The notes under the pieces are model-generated. The model saw only the letters and a list, made by a program, of their open reading frames with translations. It had not been told where the DNA came from and searched no databases. 33,565 bases of DNA from Ionaspis alba (taxonomy: Eukaryota), in assembly GCA_964255285.1 (NCBI GenBank), contig CAXUUL010000093.1:1-33565 (forward strand), read 5' to 3'. The position numbers were made by a program, and so were the translations under genes. Of the stretch, positions 1-11,300 are shown one piece after another (the stretch's first letter is position 1; each line of letters starts with the position of its first letter).

Positions 1-200
1 ATTAAAGACACAGAAAACGCAAAAAACAAAAAAAATATAAAAAATATAAAAAATACAAAAAATACAGAGGCTATAAAAATTATAAAAATTATAAAAATTA
101 TAAAAATCTGCAAAAAAAAACCATTCAATCAATAATATAATTATTTATTAAAAGGCTATTTGTATAGTTTCAATTATTCAATTTTATTATAATAGGAAAA
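1..200. repeat. AT-rich block with a degenerate 9-bp tandem repeat; probable RIP-mutated repeat remnant
   Basis: Very low GC with an abrupt change to normal composition near 200. From 12 to 110 the sequence parses into 9-mers: agaaaacgc, aaaaaacaa, aaaaaatat x2, aaaaaatac x2, agaggctat, aaaaattat x3, aaaaatctg. Unit differences are mostly G/A and C/T. RIP origin is inferred. Confidence 0.7.
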
Positions 201-630
201 TCTATGTCAAGACCTTAGCGTACCATATTGGTGATGTTTTCACTTTGGTGATGGCCGAGACTAATTAAGTAATCCCGAGGTACAAAATCGTGTGTCAAGA
301 GGACTTCTTTTACCATCACACCTAAGAATTACAGCACTCAGACATTCATCAAGTGATGAAACAGACCTTCGACATTATTTACTGATCAACTTCTGTCTCG
401 CCCGCAGAAAACAAACTCCATACAAAGCCCGTGGCTGCTCAGACAGGTTCGACATCTGACACGGTTTGCCTGCTTTCGGGGAACACGAGGTAGAAGTATC
501 CTCAGTCTCTTTAATTCTACCTGCAAACACATGTAAGACGCGTTTATGAATTCGATCATTCCGAATTCAACCTCTCCTTGAATCCTCAAACTTTTGCACG
601 CATCAACATCCTCAAACGGTTGTCGCAATT

Positions 631-2564
631 ATGTCCTCCAGCAAGTCCAGCCGTTCGCACAGCTCTAGCTGTTCAGCTGGATCCAGAGCTTCTAATTCTA
701 CGGCGGTATACGGTCATGTACCATACTCGGAGTTTTCTGGTCAGGTGGCTGAACTCTGCAAGACCATTTTTCCTTCGGTGCCTCCTCAAAGCATCCGACT
801 GGAACATCTCCAAGGCGGATCCTCAAATCGAATCGTTGGAGTTTCGTTGCCACAGCTCGACAACAGTGTTACTAGCACTCGGTCTTTATATGTAGCTTCT
901 TCACTCTCAAGCGCTGCCAGCAGTGACAGAACACCATCATTAGGAGCCTCGTCCCATACGAGTGGAGCACCAAGCACCAAGGCGCCATCCTCTCCTCCGT
1001 CCTCTCCTATCTTAAAAGCACTCGATACAGGAGAGGTTCCGCCGTTGCCGCGATCATCCACCTATATAACAGCCGATGCACATGAGCTGGAGCCTCTACC
1101 GCTCTCAATCACAAAACTTGCAGCTACCGCAGACGTCTTGGTTTCCCTACCAACTGGAGCTGCATTTTTTCCAATTGCTGATCTCGAGGCGCTACCCCCT
1201 CTACCGCAGTCTCCTGCGATTGCAGCAGATAATACCGAGGCGTTGCCACCTTTACCGCGGTCAACTTCGATTGCAGCCGATGACACGCAAGAGCTGCCAT
1301 CTCCACCACAGTCACCGAGAAGCGTATCGTTCAGCACAGTTATACCACCAAATCAAAGTGAAGAAGAGGATACAGGTTATCCGACGCTTGAGGAAGGCGC
1401 CCAATGGGAGGAATTTGTCCTTCGAATACCTCGTTGGGATGAGGGGAAGGTAGAGCAGGAGATTGGCTTGCTGGGATATCTAAGAACGCGCACCACGCTT
1501 CCTGTGCCAAAGATCCGTTACTATGAGCTAACCACTGACAACGCTATCGCCAGCCCTTATGTTGTTCAAGATCGTATTGCCGGTGAGAACATGCATACCA
1601 TGTATGAGAAACTGACTACCACGGAGAAGAAGTGCTTCATTGCAGAGTTTGTACATCTGCTACGTCAGTTGCAGGATATTTCAAGTCCTGTTTCGGGTGA
1701 CTTAGGTTTCTCCACATCACTACCCTCAGCTAGACCTCTCGAGGCATCGATACATTCGGATAAGTGTATTGAAGAAGGCCAGTCTCAACTCTGCATGTGC
1801 TGCCTCCAAAGTTGCTGACTTGAGCTAAAGGTCGATCTCTAATGGCTCGGTGCTTTGCAGACTCAGCGAACGACGTAAGACTCACTGGCTCGAGTGATGC
1901 CTCACTCGAAGTCCGCTACCATACAAATATTTGGGCTGAGGAGGGTGAGGACGACTACAACGACAAGATGGTCAATCCTGATGGTCACTCGACACTTTCT
2001 ATGCTACTTCTACAATTCGAGCGCCACAAAGCTCTCTCGCTCTTGTGTGATCCCTTATCTACTTTTGATGTGGATTACATGGACCGTCTCGCCCAAGCAG
2101 CCCGCGAAACGAATTCTCTCAACTGTCTAGGAGACGACAAGATGACGTTGTTTCACGGTGACCTTGAACCGCGTAACATCATGGGTCACATCGACGAACA
2201 AGGTTCCGTGAAGATCACCGCAGTGTTGGATTGGGATAATGCTAGTTTTGCTCCACGATTCATGTCCTGCCAACCTCCAGATTGGATATGGGACTTCAGC
2301 GACGGAGATTGGGAAGAGTTAGAGACCTATCCGACGCCAATTGATAACGAGCTGCGGGAACTTAAAGAGACTTTTGAGTCTGCTGTAGGTCAAGATTTCC
2401 TAGACCTCTCCTATGCACCCCAGTATCGACTTGCCCGACAACTATTTCGCATTGCTATAGCCGGTCTGCATGAGACACATTATATTGAGGAGGCCGACAA
2501 ATTTCTTACTGGGTGGAATGCATTGCGAAATGATTTGTTAAAGCAATTAGGCGGAGACGGTTGA
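631..2564 (+). CDS. Aminoglycoside phosphotransferase (APH)/kinase-like family protein, 2 exons (631-1792, 1861-2564)
   Basis: N-lobe motifs LQGGSSNRIV and FVLRIPR, LPVPKI, Brenner motif HGDLEPRNIM and metal-binding VLDWD. The two ORFs join in frame across a 68-nt intron (GCATGT donor 1793, CTAAT 1839-1843, TTGCAG 1860). Confidence 0.85.
1030..1320 (+). repeat. Degenerate ~51-bp (17-aa) coding tandem repeat, about 6 units
   Basis: Units include EVPPLPRSSTYITADAH, EALPPLPQSPAIAADNT, EALPPLPRSTSIAADDT and QELPSPPQSP. The DNA repeat gaggcgYtRccMcctYtaccgc...cgattgcagcMgat is visible. Confidence 0.8.
1793..1860 (+). other. Predicted non-canonical GC-AG intron
   Basis: GCATGT...CTAAT...TTGCAG. 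Removal gives T|AC (Tyr), fuses the kinase halves in frame and removes stop 1816-1818. Confidence 0.65.
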
Positions 2565-3985
2565 GTCGATAGATTATTGCGAGCATTAAGCGCTGTTTGC
2601 GCTTGGGTCTTTCGAGCGGCATGCCATTAGATTGTACCTCATATGGAGCTTGTCACCATCTCACAAATTGAGATGCATTTGCCAAAGATCGAGTTGCACT
2701 AGATTCTCTCAGGTACGGTTCGGTATTCTCCGAAAAACTTTGGAGGCTATTCACAGTCTGTAGAAGAATTAGAGATTGGAAGATCCAAAGGTCTGACTAC
2801 TTCGAGTGGTCGATAGCAGTGAGATTAGCGGTATGCTCTGCAAAATTGGTCGCTTTGAATTGCTGGAATGATTGACTTGAGAGGAGGAAGAACGAGTCCG
2901 AAGCAGAATTTATCTTCGTGATCTTGTGTGGAACATTCATCTCTGCTGGTGTCAGACATACTGAGTGGATGAGATGAATCAGAATCTCAATATCACGCCT
3001 CGGCTTGCATAGATTCTTCTACCTTGGTTACACTCCAAACATCCCTGCCCCTCTCTATGAATGAGACGGTATTTCACACAATAGCTGCAATGATTATACG
3101 AGAAGCTGTTTCACAATTCTTCTTATACCGTCATCGACAGTTGCCTTTATGTTCAGAGTACATTGGTGCGGCTCGCCAACTCTTCCCCTATCAGGCACGA
3201 TCATAGGCTTCAAGATCAACTCCATTGGCAGGGTTCAACCGTTCGCAATACAAGGGACACATCAATAGCTCCTGCGTTAGATTTGCTATGTTTAAGTAGG
3301 CTCACGAAGGACATGAAACCTCACATATATTTCATGACCAGAACTGATAGTTCTCAGAACAAGAAATGCTTGAGTTTCAGGAGAATAGTTCTGCAATTCT
3401 CTTGTATAAAGGAACATTAAAAAACCTTGCGTGGGAGGAAAACATCCAGTAGGGAAACCACTTAAGCGCATCCGAGGGTAGAAGCTTTGGTACAAAGCAA
3501 AATCTAGGTAGACCCTCCATCGGAGACTTGCATGCGTACCAGCTGATTGTGTCAAACGAACAGATAGCCCAATCAATGAACTCGACGCCCGTACCTCTCA
3601 GCTGCGCGAGCAACAATATAATAGCGGGGCACCGTGGCTGTCTGCCTTACCCAACTCTTATACTGTTTCCGCAACGTCAGACCTCGAGGGACACACAGCT
3701 GGGCTGCATTCCCTGCTTCTTTCATCAGTCGATGGGACGAATGTCCTCTTGAATCTTTGCAATGTCCTGAGATCCCTGCAATGGAGTGCCTCTGGTCCAG
3801 GCCCAAATATGCCTTAGGCACATCCACCCCTTGTAAGCTGCATCTCACGCACCTGACTCCTCATAGCGACTCCATTTCTTGGTGAACAATAGATCATAGG
3901 TGAAACGCAAACACCATCACGCACTGTTGAATTTATACATGGAAGTGCCTGATTTCTCACCTAGAGCGTCTGGCTCCAACCCGCT

Positions 3986-4558
3986 TTACCCTCTCTCCCA
4001 CCCATCCCACCTACTTCCCTCCCATTCCACCTCTTCTGCGCTCCCCATCATCACACCCTCTAGCCACCGCGCGAACCCACCACCCACAGAGCCCCCAATG
4101 CTTGCCTTCCCCACACGCCTCACACCCGCAAACGGTTCCAGCACACCCACTCCACAGGTCCCAAAGCTCGCCTGCCAGACTTCTATAACCAGTTCCTCGA
4201 CCCCACTGAACGCCTTTGTGACCGCCTCTGCAGTCCAGGGAGCATCGACATCCAGCCGTATCCTGATGCAATACCGCCTTATCATAGCAATCAAGGAGGG
4301 ACTGGTCACAGGGCGGCTAGGAAAGAGGAGACACGGGAGGGAAGTCAGGAGCCTTGGGTGTGCAGTAAAAATGTTCTTGCTATATAGGTGAGGGAGCGCT
4401 TCGGTGTGGACAAGGCGGGACACATGGAGGATGGAGGAGTGCACAGGTTTGCCCGTAAGAAGGACAGCGTAAATGTCATCGCGGAGCTCGGGTGGCAGCT
4501 GGAGGAAGAAAGAGGTAGAATTGGCGAGAATATCAGAAGTCATGACGGCAGAGCCCAT
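3986..4558 (-). CDS. Hypothetical protein with an N-terminal F-box-like motif
   Basis: Clean 190-aa ATG ORF. FFLQLPPELRDDIY and ILHVSRLVHTEALPHLYSKNIF match the LP.E.R..IY...L..S+.+..EA...LY..N.F pattern common in Pezizomycotina F-box-like proteins. Confidence 0.8.
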   Translation of the reverse strand: MGSAVMTSDILANSTSFFLQLPPELRDDIYAVLLTGKPVHSSILHVSRLVHTEALPHLYSKNIFTAHPRLLTSLPCLLFPSRPVTSPSLIAMIRRYCIRIRLDVDAPWTAEAVTKAFSGVEELVIEVWQASFGTCGVGVLEPFAGVRRVGKASIGGSVGGGFARWLEGVMMGSAEEVEWEGSRWDGWERG

Positions 4559-4963
4559 TGCGTGCCAGACAATGGGACTCGGCGACGAGGATAAACGTAT
4601 AGACTTGGCGGGAAAGGTTGTAGATGTCGTCAGATTGGCGCGCGGGTAACTAGAGCGATTAGTCGCTGAACCCTAAGTATTTCAGCTCACCTGCTTCCGT
4701 CACAGGGCATTACTGTTGGCCTTACGAAGACGAGTCGTACTTTACAGTAGATACAGGAATGCTGCAAAACTCATGCTGGTAGTAAGTACTGCACACGGAA
4801 GTTTCTGCGTTTTCAGCCGACTCGTGGTTGACGCCCATTTCCGTCTAGCGTCAAATAGAGGCGGGGCTCATGAAAGAGTATATCTCGATATTAGGACGAA
4901 GTTAGTCTATTCCTGAAGTCCGATCAAACTCGTACTCTGATTTCCAAGACTAGGATGCCATGT

Positions 4964-7811
4964 CTATGCCAAGTAACTATATGCATTTCCCTCCTCCCTC
5001 TCCATGTAGTCCTTCTCGATCAGTCTGTAAAGAATCAGCAAAGATGCCTAGAGTTCAAAAGAGGAAAAGAGCACTCACTTCTCGATGTTCTTTTTAATGT
5101 CCGCCGGATCTAATACTCCTCTCGACTTTGTCGCCGTGATCACCTCCGCTATAAGCTCGGCATGTTTGATCGTTTTCCGGCTCTTCATGATTCTAACAAT
5201 TGCTGCTTGCGTCTCATAATGCCGATCAGCAGCCACTCGTTCATGTGTCTCCTTATTCTCCTCTTTAGTCTCCTTCAACTGGATCTGATTGATCTTAATA
5301 CGGTACTTGGGGTCCGCGAATCCTAAATTTATAATGAAGGTATCGGTTTCGTTAACGTCTTTTCCTTTGGGTGACTTCGTCAAGACGCGATATTTGGCGC
5401 AAGCTAAAGACTGGAGTGTCCGCTTGAGCTCCTCGTCGCCTGAAAATGTCAGCAGTTGCATCTCATACTAGTTCCTGGGATTATGGCATACTTAATCTCG
5501 TGGCAAGCTGAATCTCAGAGAAACTGATAGCCTCATTCGGAGCTTTGTCATTAAAGTAGAGCATGACGATAGCCTGGAAAGAGCTGACCACGATCTCCTT
5601 GTTGCCCTTGGGAAAGTTTGCCTTCAACTGGCAATGAGCCAAAGCATGTTTCCAAACCAACTTCCGTCCAGAATGCTTCATCTTGTAGTGCTTCTCAAAC
5701 TCGGTAGTCGCTTTCTGTATGTCAATAGGTACCTCCACTGTCAAGTCAGGATAGGTTGGCCAAGCAGATGCAGATAGAACGTTGACGTTTAGATCAACGA
5801 TTGCTTTCTTCTGTCGTTCTTCAAGCATCTGTTTGTATGAGCTGATTTCTTCTCGAGCCAATTCGATATCTTTGAACATCTGTTCGAGATTATGGGTAAA
5901 GCCAGCACCGCACTCTACCTAATGTTAGCGCTCATGTTTGTTATAAGCCTCAATGAATTCAGTCCTTACCAGATTTCAATCGATTCAGCATATTCTTCTC
6001 TGCATCGGAGCTGGCGCTGCGACCCATCAACAAGCGGCGAGCGAGATCTTTTTTGTAGAATGCCTCAAAGACAGCTTTTCCGTGCACGAACCGGAACAGG
6101 TCAAGCACTTGATCCAATTGCCTGTTGATTTGAACGTCCTCATCCGCCTCGTCTTCGTCCATGTCTGCTTCAGGCATCACAATGGCATTGACTGTGGCAG
6201 GATACAGGTTGACAGGGATCGCCTTTACACCACCTCTCAGTATCATGTCGACATACTTCGCGATCATCTCGCCAGGTTTGGGATTGTCAGTCCCCCACGT
6301 CATATTACTCTTCTTAGTTTTGTTGATGAAAGACTCAAATGCTTCCCTGAGACTGTGACCTAGGCCCTCGTTCTTCGAGAAAGATGTCTCCCACATCATG
6401 TCAAGCTTCTTTTTGAACGCCAGAAGCCTAATGACCATTTCTGCTTCGCGAGCTTCATCGAATACAATCGCTGATCCTTGAGTATTGATGTAGAGCTCAA
6501 AAGGAGGTCTAAGTTTTTCTCCTAGCCCTTTGCGTTGTAGCAGAGAGTAGAGCCGACGCAATGCACCGAGATCATCACAATCCATCAGCTCCATGACTTC
6601 TTGAGTCCTGACAAGCTCTTCTTCATGGTCCTCTACCAGGAACTTCTCTAACTGCATTGTCAAATCTCGCTTGGTAGTAGCTTCGAAGTTGAAGAGATCA
6701 CAGCGACTCATTTCGCGACCAATTAGAGTATGACATTCGACCACGTAGTCAGCCAGACCCTGACTTGAGCATTGTGATGCTGCCCACTGACGGAAGAATG
6801 TCTGAGATTCGCCCAAGAGCTTCGGTTCAAATTCTTTGGTGTAGACAGAGAGTGTATGAAACATGGCCACAGCTTGACGGAATAGGGAACCATCAAAGGG
6901 TTCCTGATCGCCTTGTCGATCAGACGCCACTAAATCACAAGCTCCTTGTAAAATTATTGGTTTCAGTGTAGTGTCAGAGAATATGTTACTTCGAAACTGC
7001 AAATTCCCCATCTCCTCGATCGATGGTTGTGATGCTGAATGGAGGAGATACGAGCGATCCATATAATAGAATATCGACCTTATTTTCGACTACATGAATC
7101 AGCATTTCACCATCTTCTTTACAAAAAGCTGCACGCGGGGCTCACCAGCTGCTCCTTCCAAAGGGTCCAAGCTTTGATGGTTGCACGAAGGACATCAATC
7201 GCAGAAGCACCGTGCATGTCCTTCGTAGCCAAAGCTTTCAGGTCTATCGTAACATGATTATTGCACTTCTCACACAGTTTCTGGAACAGAGCCTGAGCTT
7301 TGTCTTGCCGGCACACGTTCTCGACCCCTCTATACAGCTCTTCAAGCGAAACATCTTCGCCTCGGAAAATGGCAGAGAGGGCTGTTTCCAGTTGAGTCCA
7401 TACTTGGTTCGCATATTGATCTGGACTCGCCCTCGGCGTTGTCCGGAAGTTCTTGACCACAAGCTTCTTCGTTCCGATGTGAGGTGTAAAGTTTGCAGGA
7501 CGTCTTTGAGCAGGCTTTTTGGGGCTGCCAGTGGGAGAGATTGTCAAATCAATGACACCGCCATTGGTCTTTGGGCTCGAAGAGTTGAAGGTGTACATGT
7601 CCTGCGCCCTGATAGTCATAGGTTTGACCTGTTCCGCAAGCTCATCGGAAATCCGTGGATGGCCCCTTTTCAGCCGCTTGTTAGGTGACGATGCTGACGA
7701 ATCCACGACTTTATGCTTGGAAGCGGCAAAGAGCTCTGCGATTGACTTTTGTGATAGTTGCCCGTTGTCGGAGGATGTTTTGGGGGAGCGGATCGTCTTT
7801 GACTGCGGCAT
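4964..7811 (-). CDS. CUL4: Cullin-4, 5 exons (7811-7146, 7089-5970, 5914-5492, 5439-5079, 5024-4964)
   Basis: KKLVVKN, SLEELYRGVENVC, IRSIFYYMDRSY, FEAFYKKDLARRLL, ECGAGFTHNLEQMFKD, Nedd8 site AAIVRIMKSRK and C-terminal LIEKDYMER...YSYLA. All four introns are GT-AG and frame-consistent. Confidence 0.96.
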
Positions 7812-7911
7812 CTAATAGCTATGTCTGAAATATCAGACTGGTGAGAGAAGGCCTCTCCGAAGATCGCACCGTGAAGTTGTATTGCAACGGACGTGGTTCC
7901 ATACGTTTATG

Positions 7912-7963
7912 ACGCGAGTATCAGAGCTAGCGGCGTTAAGCGGCGATAAAGCAGTCGACGCGA
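7912..7963. promoter_or_regulatory. Two MCB-like ACGCGA elements upstream of cul4
   Basis: ACGCGA at 7912-7917 and 7958-7963, 100-150 bp upstream of the ATG; AGCGGCG occurs twice between them. Function is inferred. Confidence 0.35.
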
Positions 7964-8361
7964 TAGCTGCATTTAGTGGTCTCTAGAGCTTATCTTTGCT
8001 GCTATTTACTTGCGTATTTGCTCAAAAGAAACCTGTTAAGTTGGGGTTATGTTGATGATAGAACGTGGCGTATCTTAGAGGACAATAAGAGTACAAGATG
8101 CTGTCCTAGAGTAGTTGGAGTGATACGTGGTCAGGAAGTCGCAAGTCTTCAATTACGGATTTCTGCCGATTCTGATTTCCGAACAATTGATAACACAAAA
8201 TTTGAGCGAACTAAATTACATCTCCTATGTAGAAAGGACTTTCTTATCATGGATATAGGCAATGTCTGTACAAAAGTCAACGCTGCCCGCCGACGCATCC
8301 CATTTCCCTTTCTGGCACCAAAACACCTAGGCTTATCCTGCAGCAAATGCACCCTAAACAT

Positions 8362-11300
8362 TCATACGTTAACCCAGACCTGCCGCCTCTTCTCTCCTCC
8401 CCATTGCTTTGATTTATTCCACGCAACGTCCTTTCTGAACTTCTGAGCATAATCACCGTATAAGAAGTCCGGATGTGGAGGCAACACAGGTTCCTGCGGA
8501 GAAGCAGAGGCATAATTCCGGAGGACTTCTGCATATTGGGGTGTGGAGTCATCGGAAGCGTTCTTCGATATCCTTCCCCTATTGGTGGTTCCGGAGTCTT
8601 TTGTGACCTCCTTAATGATGTCTCTCAGCTCTTTGTCACTTCCAGTGATCTGGGCTCTTAGCAAAGCCATATCAGGCCTACCTTCCTTCTGCATATCAGC
8701 CATGACTGGTGTTCTCGGTGTGTATTGCCACTTTTCGACATCAAGTGATTGCATGGGTACCACGTTTGGGTCAAGATGAGACTCAAGTCCTTTCGCCATG
8801 AGCGCCCAAATATCGAGACTCTCGCCATGAGGGATCTTCGTTGGATTTGAAGGCGTGATACAGTCCATGTCCACTTCTTTGCGTAAGACATGGTCGATGT
8901 CGACAGCGCTGAAGAACGCACAGCTCTGGGGGAGATCATTGATCCCCATCTGTTGACTGAACATTGCTCTCGTCCAGAGGTTCGCTACTTGTAAGGCCAT
9001 GGCGGCTTTATACCGATCCTCTGACTTGACCAGATATCTTATTTCGTCATGGACGGTAATCGAGAGCCTGGCATTGAGATTGTAACGAGCAATCAAATAG
9101 TCCATGCTAATGATCAACAAATGGAGATAATCCACACCAGATGACTGGATTGCCCAATTGATGCGAGAAGTCATGAAACCACCTTTGTTGATGAAGCGGC
9201 GCATCAGAGCCTCCGTTATTCCCGCACCAAGAACAGGAGTTCGAGGACGCTCTTGTTCTGCAAATGTTTCGAGCGTATTGAAGACAAGAGATTCGGTGCC
9301 TCCTCTCCAGAAAGAGTGATCGTACAGGGCCTTGCGAGAGGTCTTGGTGCCTTTGGTCTCCTTGTACAAACGAGTTGCAATTTCTTGTGTCTCCTTTTCA
9401 GTGAGGGAAGGATTGAATTGGCGAAGTAGTGTCGATGCAAATTTGAGCCCTGCGCCATAGATACGTCCGTAATTGAATACCTTGGCATCATTTCGAGATA
9501 TGCCTAAAATCTTCGCTGTCTTCGAATGCAAGTCCGTGCCAGCAGCTTTCGTTCCTTCTAACGTCATAAAACCGATAGCATTACCGCCGTGCAATTGAAA
9601 TTGAGCATCGCCAACCAAGGAAGCAATCCAAAGCTCTTGCGAGTCAACATCGGCGCCTACGAAATGGTAGCCTGGCGGGGCTTTGACTATCGACTTGAGT
9701 TCCGAGCCAACACGGTTGGCTTTGGCGTTGGAGGCCGTCAGCCAGGTGTTTTCAACAGCACGTCGTGTTATCGTGCCCATTGGAATGACCTGCGGAAGGA
9801 TATATCCCAAACCTAGGGATGATTGAGGCTCTATTTTGCCGATGGCATCGTCTTCGTAAATCACCATCTGGGACATAATGCGGTCACGAGCGCTGATCCA
9901 ATATGAGCAGGATGCGTTCATCTCGAGTGCTTCCTTTGCATAGGCATATTCGGACGAAAGGACACCGCTTTCGAAATACTGAAGATAGCCTTTGGCTAGT
10001 GGATTGGCACATCTTGCTTGCGGACCATCCTTGTGCGGGAGTTTGAAGTATTGACGTTTTCGATCATCGCGAAGAGAGAGGTCCTTTTCATCAGACATAT
10101 CGCACTTCACTACCGGCTTATCGTCATACTTGGAGGCTTTCGCTATAGGGACTCCAAATGTCCAGCCATACTTGTCTGACCAAACAAGTGGGTAACCATC
10201 CCATGATAGCCGGAGAAGTAAAGGTGCGATACGAGTTCTCACTGTCAAAGCCAGCTCCGAACTACTAGTAGCAAAGAGACTTTTATACCATTTTGGCATT
10301 CCCGGCTTCTTCTGCCTTGCTGCCGGCCGTGGCGGGTCTCCTTTTTTCTTCCCTTTCACCATCTTGACTTCTTGACCAGACCAGTCGAGCTGTCTGAGCC
10401 ATTCATCATGGGCATATTTCTCGGAATCATCCTTAGACTCCAGTGCAAGGTTAGTCAAATCTAGAAGCCTTTGTTCCACGGCATCTGTAAGCCTGTGATA
10501 AGTGGCCTCGGCATTCGTGATATAGGATTCCCAAGATTTGTCCACTGGTAGTATTTGGGAGGATAAATGCCTAAGAGCGCCGAAGCTGACAGGGTGCGGG
10601 CAGACTTCAAGGAAGCCTGCAAAGACCTTTTTATAGACTCGATGCGTGATTGCAACATCGGCAGCACAGTAGTCAAGCAGTTCCTCCAGCTTCCCTCGAA
10701 TGCCTGCTCGATTCAATTCGCCGAATTGATCTCGTTGCGCCTTATCAATTGTAACATCACAATGAAATTTGGCGACGTCCCGAAGAGAATTGACAGAACT
10801 TCTGCCGACCCACAATTCCTCCTCTTCTTCACTCAGCATTTTGTTCTCAAGTAATGTAGCCAGTTCCACAGAATTGCTTTCCCCTGCAATCTTGTCCCTC
10901 ATGTCTCGATTCTTCTTGTGCTTCATCCAAGTCGGCCTCTGCCTCGAACACATACCGTTCACGGCGACGTGCAACGACATAGTATCGAGAAAGAAGTTCT
11001 TAGATTGCCGGAGGTCATACTCTTCAGATATTCGCGCCCGATCATAACCGATGTTGTGCCCAACGATTATCCGTGCCTGTTCAGGATTCCCTAGTGGTAC
11101 TAGATGATGATCTTGCTCTGATTCCCCCATGAGCCAAGGCGACAGCCATGCGTACCAGGCGGAGGGGCTGGCAGCGCATGCCATGACAGCGAAGGAGCTT
11201 TCCTTCCACATAACTTCAGTATCGAAGGTGAGCATCTCCTCGTGCGGAGAATCCACTGCCTCGTGTGTACCATCATAGTTGTACTTCGTCCACCCACTTC

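Noticed and set aside
3900..4391. 163-aa plus-strand ORF and many other ORFs antisense or out of frame to real genes (for example 7212-7688, 17005-17511, 20850-21320, 23654-24064, 32739-33182)
   Set aside because: Shadow ORFs overlapping well-supported genes, with no recognisable motifs; expected from codon bias.
7976..8446. 156-aa ORF between cul4 and mip1
   Set aside because: Non-ATG start, overlaps the mip1 3' end and UTR on the opposite strand, and has no motif.
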